A DNA stretch of 64,000 nt, from NCBI GenBank assembly GCA_032718475.1, contig JAUCBJ010009081.1, positions 1-64,000 of the forward strand, in the 5' to 3' direction. Below the pieces are notes generated by a model. The model was not told the origin of the DNA, made no database searches, and saw nothing but the letters and a program-made list of their open reading frames with translations. This DNA is from Nemertoderma westbladi (lineage: Eukaryota; Animalia; Xenacoelomorpha). The position numbers and the translations under genes are program-made. Of the stretch, positions 11,492 to 25,472 are shown in pieces (the stretch's first letter is position 1; each line of letters begins with the position of its first letter).

Positions 11492-11647
11492 TAATTCGCT
11501 GATATTGGATTTGCGTCAATTGCCCCCGTTCCTTACAATTCTCTGCGATGTGATTGTATAAATTTATATGTAACAACTCGCTACGAAGTCTCACCGGAAT
11601 GAAGTTGAAATTTTAGATAAATAAATAAATAATTCTTTGAAACTAAC

Positions 11648-11800
11648 TTGCATTCCTTGACCAGCAGTTTGGTAATAAAGTCCTTGGCTTCGTCTGATAT
11701 GCAATCAAATTCCTCAGCGTCGAAGTCCCATGCTGCCATGGTTACATTGCACAAGGTCTCCGTGTCAGTGTCTCCCATAAAAGGTGACAATCCGCTCAAC
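11648..11800 (-). CDS. MYLK: MLCK-type kinase exon 6 (subdomains IX-XI)
   Basis: tttag|G TTG AGC GGA...: LSGLSPFMGDTDTETLCNVTMAAWDFDAEEFDCISDEAKDFITKLLVKEC, donor AA|GTTAGT; phase 2-2. Confidence 0.92.
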
Positions 11801-11826
11801 CTAAATATATTAACCATTACAATCTG

Positions 11827-14800
11827 ACCGAACTTAGAGAACATAAGTTATGTAAACAATCCGTATATCCCCTAAACCAAACTTACAGAACATAAGTTAT
11901 GTAAACAATCCGTCTATCCCACCTAAACCGAACTTACAGAACATAAGTTATGTAAACAATCCGTCTATCCCCTAAACCAAACTTACAGAACATAAGTTAT
12001 GTAAACAATCCGTCTATCCAACCTAAACCAAACTTACAGAACATAAGTTATGTAAACAATCCGTCTATCCCACCTAAACCGAACTTACAGAACATAAGTT
12101 ATGTAAACAATCCGTATATCCCCTAAACCAAACTTACAGAATATAAGTTATGTTAAATAATCCGTCAATCCCACCTAAACCGAACTTACAGAACATAAGT
12201 TATGTAAACAATCCGTCTATCCCCTAAACCAAACTTACAGAACATAAGTTATGTAAACAATCCGTCTATCCAACCTAAACCAAACTTACAGAACATAAGT
12301 TATGTAAACAATCCGTCTATCCCTTAAACCAAACTTACAGAATATAAGTTATGTAAACAATCCGTCTATCCCCTAAACCAAACTTACAGAACATAAGTTA
12401 TGTAAACAATCCGTCTATCCAACCTAAACCAAACTTACAGAACATAAGTTATGTAAACAATCCGTCTATCCCACCTAAACCGAACTTACAGAACATAAGT
12501 TATGTAAACAATCCGTCTATCCCCTAAACCAAACTTACAGAACATAAGTTATGTAAACAATCCGCCTATCCAACCTAAACCAAACTTACAGAACATAAGT
12601 TATGTAAACAATCCGTTCATCCAACCTAAACCGACCTTACAGAACAAAAGTTATGTAAACAATCCGTTTATCCAACCTAAACCAAACTTACAAAACATAA
12701 GTGATGTAAACAATCCGTTTATCCAACCTAAACCGAGCGTACAGAACATGAGTTATGTAAACAATCCGTCTATCCCCTAAACCAAACTTACAAAACATAA
12801 GTTATGTAAACAATCCGTTTATCCAACCTAAACCAACCCTTAGAGAACATGAGTTATGTAAACAATCCATTTATCCCTTAAACCGAACTTACAGAACATA
12901 TGTTATGTAAACAATCCGTCTATCCCCTAAACCAAACTTACAGAACATAAGTTATGTAAACAATCCGTCTATCCCCTAAACCAAACTTACAGAACATAAG
13001 TTATGTAAACAATCCATTTATCCCCTAAACCGAACTTACAGAACATAAGTTATGTAAACAATCCGTTTATCCAACCCAAACCAAACTTACAGAACATAAG
13101 TTATGTAAACAATCCGTCTATCCAACCTAAACCGAGCGTACAGAACATGAGTTATGTAAACAATCCGTCTATCCCCTAAACCAAACTTACAAAACATAAG
13201 TTATGTAAACAATCCGTTTATCCAACCTAAACCAAACTTAGAGAACATAAGTTATGTAAACAAGTCGTTTATCCAACCTAAACCAACCTTAGAGAACATA
13301 AGTTATGTAAACAATCCATTTATCCCTTAAACCGAACTTACAGAACATAAGTTATGTAAACAATCCGTTTATCCAACCCAAACCAAACTTACAGAACATA
13401 AGTTATGTAAACAATCCATTTATCCCCTAAACCGAACTTACAGAACATAAGTTATGTAAACAATCCGTTTATCCAACCCAAACCAAACTTACAGAACATA
13501 AGTTATGTAAACAATCCGTCTATCCAACCTAAACCGAGCGTACAGAACATGAGTTATGTAAACAATCCGTCTATCCCCTAAACCAAACTTACAAAACATA
13601 AGTTATGTAAACAATCCGTCTATCCAACCTAAACCAAACTTACAAAACATAAGTTATGTAAACAATCCGTCTATCCCCTAAACCAAACTTACAGAACATA
13701 AGTTATGTAAACAATCCGTCTATCCAACCTAAACCGAGCGTACAGAACATGAGTTATGTAAACAATCCGTCTATCCCCTAAACCAAACTTACAAAACATA
13801 AGTTATGTAAACAATCCGTTTATCCAACCTAAACCAACCCTTAGAGAACATAAGTTATGTAAACAAGTCGTTTATCCAACCTAAACCAAACTTACAGAAC
13901 ATAAGTTATGTAAACAATCCGTCTATCCAACCTAAACCAAACTTACAGAACATGAGTTATGTAAACAATCCGTCTATCCCCTAAACCAAACTTACAGAAC
14001 ATAAGTTATGTAAACAATCCGTCTATCCCCTAAACCAAACTTACAGAACATAAGTTATGTAAACAATCCGTCTATCCCCTAAACCAAACTTACAGAACAT
14101 AAGTTATGTAAACAATCCGTCTATCCCCTAAACCAAACTTACAGAACATAAGTTATGTAAACAATCCGTCTATCCAACCTAAACCAAACTTACAGAACAT
14201 AAGTTATGTAAACAATCCGTTTATCCAACCTAAACCAACCCTTAGAGAACATAAGTTATGTAAACAAGTCGTTTATCCAACCTAAACCAAACTTACAGAA
14301 CATAAGTTATGTAAACAATCCGTCTATCCAACCTAAACCAAACTTACAGAACATGAGTTATGTAAACAATCCGTCTATCCCCTAAACCAAACTTACAGAA
14401 CATAAGTTATGTAAACAATCCGTCTATCCCCTAAACCAAACTTAGAGAACATAAGTTATGTAAACAAGTCGTTTATCCAACCTAAACCAAACTTACAGAA
14501 CATAAGTTATGTAAACAATCCGTCTATCCAACCTAAACCAAACTTACAGAACATAAGTTATGTAAACAATCCGTCTATCCCCTAAACCGAACTTACAGAA
14601 CATAAGTTATGTAAACAATCCGTTTATCCAACCTAAACCAACCCTTAGAGAACATAAGTTATGTAAACAAGTCGTTTATCCAACCTAAACCAAACTTACA
14701 AAACATAAGTTATGTAAACAATCCGTTTATCCAACCTAAACCAAACTTACAAAACATAAGTTATGTAAACAATCCGTTTATCCAACCTAAACCAACCCTT

Positions 14801-17800
14801 AGAGAACATAAGTTATGTAACAATCCGTCTATCCCCTAAACCGAACTTACAGAACATAAGTTATGTAAACAATCCGTCTATCCCCTAAACCGAACTTACA
14901 GAACATAAGTTATGTAAACAATCCGTTTATCCAACCTAAACCAACCCTTAGAGAACATAAGTTATGTAAACAAGTCGTTTATCCAACCTAAACCAAACTT
15001 ACAAAACATAAGTTATGTAAACAATCCGTTTATCCAACCTAAACCAAACTTACAAAACATAAGTTATGTAAACAATCCGTTTATCCAACCTAAACCAACC
15101 CTTAGAGAACATAAGTTATGTAACAATCCGTCTATCCAACCTAAACCGAACTTACAGAACATAAGTTATGTAAACAATCCGTCTATCCCCTAAACCGAAC
15201 TTACAGAACATAAGTTATGTAAACAATCCGTTTATCCAACCTAAACCAACCCTTAGAGAACATAAGTTATGTAACAATCCGTCTATCCAACCTAAACCGA
15301 ACTTACAGAACATAAGTTATGTAAACAATCCGTCTATCCCCTAAACCGAACTTACAGAACATAAGTTATGTAAACAATCCGTTTATCCAACCTAAACCAA
15401 CCCTTAGAGAACATAAGTTATGTAACAATCCGTATATCCCCTAAACCAAACTTACAGAACATAAGTTATGTAAACAATCCGTCTATCCCACCTAAACCGA
15501 ACTTACAGAACATAAGTTATGTAAACAATCCGTATATCCCCTAAACCAAACTTACAGAACATAAGTTATGTAAACAATCCGTCTATCCCACCTAAACCGA
15601 ACTTACAGAACATAAGTTATGTAAACAATCCGTCTATCCCCTAAACCGAACTTACAGAACATAAGTTATGTAAACAATCCGTTTATCCAACCTAAACCAA
15701 CCCTTAGAGAACATAAGTTATGTAAACAATCCGTCTATCCCCTAAACCAAACTTACAGAACATAAGTTATGTAAACAATCCGTTTATCCAACCTAAACCA
15801 ACCCTTAGAGAACATAAGTTATGTAAACAATCCGCCTATCCAACCTAAACCGAACTTACAGAACATAAGTTATGTAAACAATCCGTCTATCCAACCTAAA
15901 CCAACCCTTAGAGAACATAAGTTATGTAAACAATCCGCCTATCCAACCTAAACCAAACTTACAAAACATAAGTTATGTAAACAATCCGTCTATCCCCTAA
16001 ACCAAACTTACAGAACATAAGTTATGTAAACAATCCGTCTATCCCACCTAAACCGAACTTACAGAACATAAGTTATGTAAACAATCCGTCTATCCCCTAA
16101 ACCGAACTTACAGAACATAAGTTATGTAAACAATCCGTTTATCCAACCTAAACCAACCCTTAGAGAACATAAGTTATGTAAACAATCCGTTTATCCAACC
16201 TAAACCAACCCTTAGAGAACATAAGTTATGTAAACAATCCGCCTATCCAACCTAAACCAACCCTTAGAGAACATAAGTTATGTAAACAATCCGTCTATCC
16301 CCTAAACCGAACTTACAGAACATAAGTTATGTAAACAATCCGTTTATCCAACCTAAACCAAACTTACAGAACATAAGTTATGTAAACAATCCGCCTATCC
16401 AACCTAAACCAACCCTTAGAGAACATAAGTTATGTAAACAATCCGTCTATCCCCTAAACCAAACTTACAGAACATAAGTTATGTAAACAATCCGTTTATC
16501 CAACCTAAACCAAACTTACAGAACATAAGTTATGTAAACAATCCATTTATCCCCCAAACCAAACTTAGAGAACATAAGTTATGTAAACAATCCGTCTATC
16601 CAACCTAAACCAAACTTACAGAACATAAGTTATGTAAACAATCCGTCTATCCCCTAAACCGAACTTACAGAACATAAGTTATGTAAACAATCCGTCTATC
16701 CCCTAAACCGAACTTACAGAACATAAGTTATGTAAACAATCCGTTTATCCAACCTAAACCAAACTTACAGAACATAAGTTATGTAAACAATCCGCCTATC
16801 CAACCTAAACCAACCCTTAGAGAACATAAGTTATGTAAACAATCCGTCTATCCCCTAAACCAAACTTACAGAACATAAGTTATGTAAACAATCCGTTTAT
16901 CCAACCTAAACCAAACTTACAGAACATAAGTTATGTAAACAATCCATTTATCCCCCAAACCAAACTTAGAGAACATAAGTTATGTAAACAATCCGTCTAT
17001 CCAACCTAAACCAAACTTACAGAACATAAGTTATGTAAACAATCCGTCTATCCCCTAAACCGAACTTACAGAACATAAGTTATGTAAACAATCCGTTTAT
17101 CCAACCTAAACCAACCCTTAGAGAACATAAGTTATGTAAACAATCCGTTTATCCAACCTAAACCAACCCTTAGAGAACATAAGTTATGTAAACAATCCGC
17201 CTATCCAACCTAAACCAACCCTTAGAGAACATAAGTTATGTAAACAATCCGTCTATCCCCTAAACCAAACTTACAGAACATAAGTTATGTAAACAATCCG
17301 TTTATCCAACCTAAACCAAACTTACAGAACATAAGTTATGTAAACAATCCGCCTATCCAACCTAAACCAACCCTTAGAGAACATAAGTTATGTAAACAAT
17401 CCGTCTATCCCCTAAACCAAACTTACAGAACATAAGTTATGTAAACAATCCGTTTATCCAACCTAAACCAAACTTACAGAACATAAGTTATGTAAACAAT
17501 CCATTTATCCCCCAAACCAAACTTAGAGAACATAAGTTATGTAAACAATCCGTCTATCCAACCTAAACCAAACTTACAGAACATAAGTTATGTAAACAAT
17601 CCGTTCATCCAACCTAAACCGACCTTACAGAACAAAAGTTATGTAAACAATCCGTTTATCCAACCTAAACCAAACTTACAGAACATGAGTTATGTAAACA
17701 ATCCGTCTATCCCCTAAACCAAACTTACAGAACATAAGTTATGTAAACAATCCGTCTATCCCCTAAACCAAACTTACAGAACATAAGTTATGTAAACAAT

Positions 17801-20800
17801 CCGTCTATCCAACCTAAACCAAACTTACAGAACATAAGTTATGTAAACAATCCGTCTATCCAACCTAAACCGAGCGTACAGAACATGAGTTATGTAAACA
17901 ATCCGTCTATCCCCTAAACCAAACTTACAAAACATAAGTTATGTAAACAATCCGTTTATCCAACCTAAACCAAACTTACAGAACATAAGTTATGTAAACA
18001 ATCCGTCTATCCAACCTAAACCAAACTTACAGAACATAAGTTATGTAAACAATCCGTCTATCCCCTAAACCAAACTTACAAAACATAAGTTATGTAAACA
18101 ATCCGTTTATCCAACCTAAACCAAACTTACAGAACATAAGTTATGTAAACAATCCGTCTATCCAACCTAAACCAAACTTACAGAACATAAGTTATGTAAA
18201 CAATCCGTTTATCCAACCTAAACCAACCCTTAGAGAACATAAGTTATGTAAACAATCCGTCTATCCAACCTAAACCAAACTTACAGAACATAAGTTATGT
18301 AAACAATCCGTTTATCCAACCTAAACCAACCCTTAGAGAACATAAGTTATGTAAACAATCCGTCTATCCAACCTAAACCAAACTTACAGAACATAAGTTA
18401 TGTAAACAATCCGTTTATCCAACCTAAACCAACCCTTAGAGAACATAAGTTATGTAAACAATCCGCCTATCCAACCTAAACCAAACTTACAGAACATAAG
18501 TTATGTAAACAATCCGTTCATCCAACCTAAACCGACCTTACAGAACAAAAGTTATGTAAACAATCCGTTTATCCAACCTAAACCAAACTTACAGAACATG
18601 AGTTATGTAAACAATCCGTCTATCCCCTAAACCAAACTTACAGAACATAAGTTATGTAAACAATCCGTCTATCCCCTAAACCAAACTTACAGAACATAAG
18701 TTATGTAAACAATCCGTCTATCCAACCTAAACCAAACTTACAGAACATAAGTTATGTAAACAATCCGTTCATCCAACCTAAACCGACCTTACAGAACAAA
18801 AGTTATGTAAACAATCCGTTTATCCAACCTAAACCAAACTTACAGAACATGAGTTATGTAAACAATCCGTCTATCCCCTAAACCAAACTTACAGAACATA
18901 AGTTATGTAAACAATCCGTCTATCCCCTAAACCAAACTTACAGAACATAAGTTATGTAAACAATCCGTCTATCCAACCTAAACCAAACTTACAGAACATA
19001 AGTTATGTAAACAATCCGTTTATCCAACCTAAACCAACCCTTAGAGAACATAAGTTATGTAAACAATCCGTTTATCCAACCTAAACCAACCCTTAGAGAA
19101 CATAAGTTATGTAAACAATCCGCCTATCCAACCTAAACCAAACTTACAGAACATAAGTTATGTAAACAATCCGTTCATCCAACCTAAACCGACCTTACAG
19201 AACAAAAGTTATGTAAACAATCCGTTTATCCAACCTAAACCAAACTTACAGAACATGAGTTATGTAAACAATCCGTCTATCCCCTAAACCAAACTTACAG
19301 AACATAAGTTATGTAAACAATCCGTCTATCCCCTAAACCAAACTTACAGAACATAAGTTATGTAAACAATCCGTCTATCCAACCTAAACCAAACTTACAG
19401 AACATAAGTTATGTAAACAATCCGTCTATCCAACCTAAACCGAGCGTACAGAACATGAGTTATGTAAACAATCCGTCTATCCCCTAAACCAAACTTACAA
19501 AACATAAGTTATGTAAACAATCCGTTTATCCAACCTAAACCAAACTTACAGAACATAAGTTATGTAAACAATCCGTCTATCCAACCTAAACCAAACTTAC
19601 AGAACATAAGTTATGTAAACAATCCGTTTATCCAACCTAAACCGAGCGTACAGAACATGAGTTATGTAAACAATCCGTCTATCCCCTAAACCAAACTTAC
19701 AAAACATAAGTTATGTAAACAATCCGTTTATCCAACCTAAACCGAGCGTACAGAACATGAGTTATGTAAACAATCCGTCTATCCCCTAAACCAAACTTAC
19801 AAAACATAAGTTATGTAAACAATCCGTTTATCCAACCTAAACCAACCCTTAGAGAACATAAGTTATGTAAACAAGTCGTTTATCCAACCTAAACCAAACT
19901 TACAGAACATGAGTTATGTAAACAATCCGTCTATCCCCTAAACCAAACTTACAGAACATAAGTTATGTAAACAATCCGTCTATCCCCTAAACCAAACTTA
20001 CAGAACATAAGTTATGTAAACAATCCGTCTATCCAACCTAAACCAAACTTACAGAACATAAGTTATGTAAACAATCCGTCTATCCCCTAAACCAAACTTA
20101 GAGAACATAAGTTATGTAAACAAGTCGTTTATCCAACCTAAACCAAACTTACAGAACATAAGTTATGTAAACAATCCGTCTATCCAACCTAAACCAAACT
20201 TACAGAACATGAGTTATGTAAACAATCCGTCTATCCCCTAAACCAAACTTACAGAACATAAGTTATGTAAACAATCCGTTTATCCAACCTAAACCAACCC
20301 TTAGAGAACATAAGTTATGTAAACAAGTCGTTTATCCAACCTAAACCAAACTTACAGAACATAAGTTATGTAAACAATCCGTCTATCCAACCTAAACCAA
20401 ACTTACAGAACATGAGTTATGTAAACAATCCGTCTATCCCCTAAACCAAACTTACAGAACATAAGTTATGTAAACAATCCGTCTATCCAACCTAAACCAA
20501 ACTTACAGAACATGAGTTATGTAAACAATCCGTCTATCCCCTAAACCAAACTTACAGAACATAAGTTATGTAAACAATCCGTCTATCCAACCTAAACCAA
20601 ACTTACAGAACATAAGTTATGTAAACAATACGTCTATCCCTTAAACCAAACTTACAGAACATAAGTTATGTAAACAATCCGTCTATCCCTTAAACCAAAC
20701 TTACAGAACATAAGTTATGTAAACAATCCGTCTATCCAACCTAAACCAAACTTACAGAACATGAGTTATGTAAACAATCCGTCTATCCCCTAAACCAAAC

Positions 20801-23765
20801 TTACAGAACATGAGTTATGTAAACAATCCGTCTATCCCCTAAACCAAACTTACAAAACATAAGTTATGTAAACAATCCGTCTATCCAACCTAAACCAAAC
20901 TTACAAAACATAAGTTATGTAAACAATCCGTCTATCCCCTAAACCAAACTTACAGAACATAAGTTATGTAAACAATCCGTTTATCCAACCTAAACCAACC
21001 CTTAGAGAACATAAGTTATGTAAACAATCCGTCTATCCAACCTAAACCAAACTTACAGAACATGAGTTATGTAAACAATCCGTCTATCCCCTAAACCAAA
21101 CTTACAGAACATGAGTTATGTAAACAATCCGTCTATCCCCTAAACCAAACTTACAGAACATAAGTTATGTAAACAATCCGTCTATCCCCTAAACCAAACT
21201 TACAGAACATAAGTTATGTAAACAAGTCGTTTATCCAACCTAAACCAACCTTAGAGAACATAAGTTATGTAAACAATCCATTTATCCCTTAAACCGAACT
21301 TACAGAACATAAGTTATGTAAACAATCCGTTTATCCAACCCAAACCAAACTTACAGAACATAAGTTATGTAAACAATCCGTCTATCCAACCTAAACCAAA
21401 CTTACAGAACATGAGTTATGTAAACAATCCGTCTATCCCCTAAACCAAACTTACAGAACATGAGTTATGTAAACAATCCGTCTATCCCCTAAACCAAACT
21501 TACAGAACATGAGTTATGTAAACAATCCGTCTATCCCCTAAACCAAACTTACAGAACATGAGTTATGTAAACAATCCGTCTATCCCCTAAACCAAACTTA
21601 CAGAACATGAGTTATGTAAACAATCCGTCTATCCCCTAAACCAAACTTACAGAACATGAGTTATGTAAACAATCCGTCTATCCCCTAAACCAAACTTACA
21701 AAACATAAGTTATGTAAACAATCCGTCTATCCAACCTAAACCAAACTTACAAAACATAAGTTATGTAAACAATCCGTTTATCCAACCTAAACCAACCCTT
21801 AGAGAACATAAGTTATGTAAACAATCCGTCTATCCAACCTAAACCGAACTTACAGAACATGAGTTATGTAAACAATCCGTCTATCCCCTAAACCAAACTT
21901 ACAGAACATGAGTTATGTAAACAATCCGTCTATCCCCTAAACCAAACTTACAGAACATAAGTTATGTAAACAATCCGTCTATCCCCTAAACCAAACTTAC
22001 AGAACATAAGTTATGTAAACAATCCGTCTATCCCCTAAACCAAACTTACAGAACATAAGTTATGTAAACAAGTCGTTTATCCAACCTAAACCAACCTTAG
22101 AGAACATAAGTTATGTAAACAATCCATTTATCCCTTAAACCGAACTTACAGAACATAAGTTATGTAAACAATCCGTTTATCCAACCCAAACCAAACTTAC
22201 AGAACATAAGTTATGTAAACAATCCGTCTATCCAACCTAAACCAAACTTACAGAACATGAGTTATGTAAACAATCCGTCTATCCCCTAAACCAAACTTAC
22301 AGAACATGAGTTATGTAAACAATCCGTCTATCCCCTAAACCAAACTTACAGAACATAAGTTATGTAAACAATCCGTCTATCCCCTAAACCAAACTTACAG
22401 AACATAAGTTATGTAAACAAGTCGTTTATCCAACCTAAACCAACCTTAGAGAACATAAGTTATGTAAACAATCCATTTATCCCTTAAACCGAACTTACAG
22501 AACATAAGTTATGTAAACAATCCGTTTATCCAACCCAAACCAAACTTACAGAACATAAGTTATGTAAACAATCCATTTATCCCCTAAACCGAACTTACAG
22601 AACATAAGTTATGTAAACAATCCGTTTATCCAACCCAAACCAAACTTACAGAACATAAGTTATGTAAACAATCCGTCTATCCAACCTAAACCGAGCGTAC
22701 AGAACATGAGTTATGTAAACAATCCGTCTATCCCCTAAACCAAACTTACAAAACATAAGTTATGTAAACAATACGTCTATCCAACCTAAACCAAACTTAC
22801 AGAACATAAGTTATGTAAACAATCCGTTTATCCAACCTAAACCGAGCGTACAGAACATGAGTTATGTAAACAATCCGTCTATCCCCTAAACCAAACTTAC
22901 AAAACATAAGTTATGTAAACAATCCGTCTATCCAACCTAAACCAACCCTTAGAGAACATAAGTTATGTAAACAATCCGTCTATCCCCTAAACCAAACTTA
23001 CAGAACATAAGTTATGTAAACAATCCGTCTATCCCCTAAACCAAACTTACAGAACATAAGTTATGTAAACAATCCATTTATCCCCCAAACCAAACTTAGA
23101 GAACATAAGTTATGTAAACAATCCGTCTATCCCCTAAACCAAACTTACAGAACATAAGTTATGTAAACAATCCGTTTATCCAACCTAAACCAACCCTTAG
23201 AGAACATAAGTTATGTAAACAATCCGTCTATCCCCTAAACCAAACTTACAGAACATAAGTTATGTAAACAATCCATTTATCCCCCAAACCAAACTTAGAG
23301 AACATAAGTTATGTAAACAATCCGTCTATCCCCTAAACCAAACTTACAGAACATAAGTTATGTAAACAATCCGTTTATCCAACCTAAACCAACCCTTAGA
23401 GAACATAAGTTATATAAACAATCCGTCTATCCCCTAAACCAAACTTACAGAACATAAGTTATGTAAACAATCCGTTTATCCAACCTAAACCAACCCTTAG
23501 AGAACATAAGTTATATAAACAATCCGTCTATCCCCTAAACCAAACTTACAGAACATAAGTTATGTAAACAATCCGTTTATCCAACCTAAACCAACCCTTA
23601 GAGAACATAAGTTATATAAACAATCCGTCTATCCCCTAAACCAAACTTACAGAACATAAGTTATGTAAACAATCCGTCTATCCAACCTAAACCAAACTTA
23701 GAGAACATAAGTTATGTAAACAATCCGTCTATCCCCTAAACCAAACTTACAGAACATAAGTTATG
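11827..23765. repeat. Intronic satellite, 49/51/52-bp unit, about 240 copies, containing the exon end and splice donor
   Basis: Unit cttacagaacataagttatgtaaacaatccgtctatcc(cc|aacc)taaaccaaa. The last copy overlaps exon 5 by 15 bp. Confidence 0.97.
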
Positions 23766-23950
23766 ACGCCGATACTCCACATATCCGTTCCGGGGCCGAG
23801 ACTCTCAAATCCTATAACTTCCGGCGCACAGAATTCCGGAGTTCCGAACATCGCCTTTACCGTTTCGTTCGGATTCATTTTCCGAGCCAAACCAAAGTCA
23901 ATTATTTTGATTTTGTTGCTGCGTTTATTGACGCAAAGTACATTTTCCGG
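23751..23950 (-). CDS. MYLK: MLCK-type kinase exon 5 (PEN, DFG, APE)
   Basis: ttaag|CCG GAA AAT: PENVLCVNKRSNKIKIIDFGLARK...FGTPEFCAPEVIGFESLGPGTDMWSIGVITYV, donor CT|GTAAGT; phase 0-2. Confidence 0.95.
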
Positions 23951-24519
23951 CTTAAACAAACATAATGTAACTTGTGTTTAGGTTTGTTTCCTCCAAATTA
24001 ATAACGGAGAGAAAAAGTGGTAAAATTATTATACTTTGCAAACTCATGTGGACCGTTTACATTTGTAATTGCCTCACTATTTTTAGTTAAATATCTTCCC
24101 ACAAAATCACCCGGCATAATAACCATTTCAGTTTGAACCACAGCTGGACAACTCTTCATTTCAAATGCGTCATTTTTTTTACAAAATATTTTTTGTTCCA
24201 AAATATCGAAGAGTATGCATTATTCGAACGCTATTTCGGTGCTACGTGTAAAGCATGACGGAGATTACTGGTGTTCACTGCTGTAATGGTCAGGCCCCCT
24301 GATGTAATGCCTTTTGCAGTGGACATTTCGTGGACAAATTAAGGAAATTCCGTCTGTTTATAGAATTAATTGTACTTCTATTTTTGATCTGACACAATTT
24401 CTTCCACTTTATTAGAAACGTAATTTCAATTTAAAATTCGTAGAAAATAGATTTGTGATTGTAATATCAAACACAAAATATTAAATATAACGCTGAAATG
24501 AATATAATAAGACTTTCGA

Positions 24520-24620
24520 CCCATGTGAAGAATACCAGACTTTCTGCCGTTATATTTCACTTTGCAGTTACCCCCACGTGAAGAATACCAGGTTTTCACC
24601 AAAAACGCAGGTTACAGAAG
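24520..24620 (+). mobile_element. Truncated copy of the MITE at 61643-61928
   Basis: cccatgtgaagaataccagactttctgccgttatatttcactttgcagttaccccc is shared with 61645 onward. Confidence 0.75.
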
Positions 24621-25472
24621 GACTATCTACTACAGTAATGAACACCTCTAAAATGTTATAATGTTAATGCTGTAATGTTAATGGTCTGGTTTGTACTGAC
24701 TGTATTACTGCATGGTAGACACATTTATAGCCTTTATACAGTATAAGTAGTTAGGCAAACTCTGCAAGATACATTTCAGTAGAGAATCGAAAGGCGATTC
24801 CAATGGTACCAAAAGTTTTACTTCAAATTTATTTGGTAAGAAGTTCTAAAGAATCTAAAGTCATTACAGCAGTGGACATTACTGCTTTTTACATTTTCGG
24901 CTTATTTTATTTACCTGCAGCCAATCCCGCTAAAATGGTTAGAGAGTCGTTACTTTTAGAAAGAACTAAGTTGAATGAAATAAAATCACCCTCAGCAAAG
25001 AAAAAAAAAAGCATTGGCATCTTAGCATCTTAGCGTACAGCAAAATAAAATAAATATAACAATAAACAAAAATAAAATAACAAGCTATATAACATTGGTG
25101 TGAGAAAGTTGTCAAAAAAAATAACAAATACAGTCCCAATCCCAATAAACATTAACTTGGTCGTTTTGGCGGCCAAAATGACCAAAATCACCAAAAAAAT
25201 GTAGTGTATTCCTATGGGCTACTTGGTCGTTTTGGCGAAGCGATTTAACTCGAATCAGCTCAATCCAGACAGTCTGTCTCCTTGGCCATCCATTTGGTGG
25301 ATCTGACTAAATGTCGGCTCGCTTTCATTTTTATTATTGACAGATTGTTAACTTACCCGGCGCTGAGCCTTGCAGTACTGGAGTCCGCCCACTGAGGCAT
25401 TGATAGAGTACACAGTCTTATAAAAGGAGTTGAATGGGGCTTCGTTAAAGGAGGAGTATGTATAATAATCTA

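Noticed and set aside
11827-23765. CRISPR-like array (palindromic ACATAAGTTATGT core with a variable segment)
   Set aside because: The variable parts are a few recurring point or indel variants, not unique spacers.
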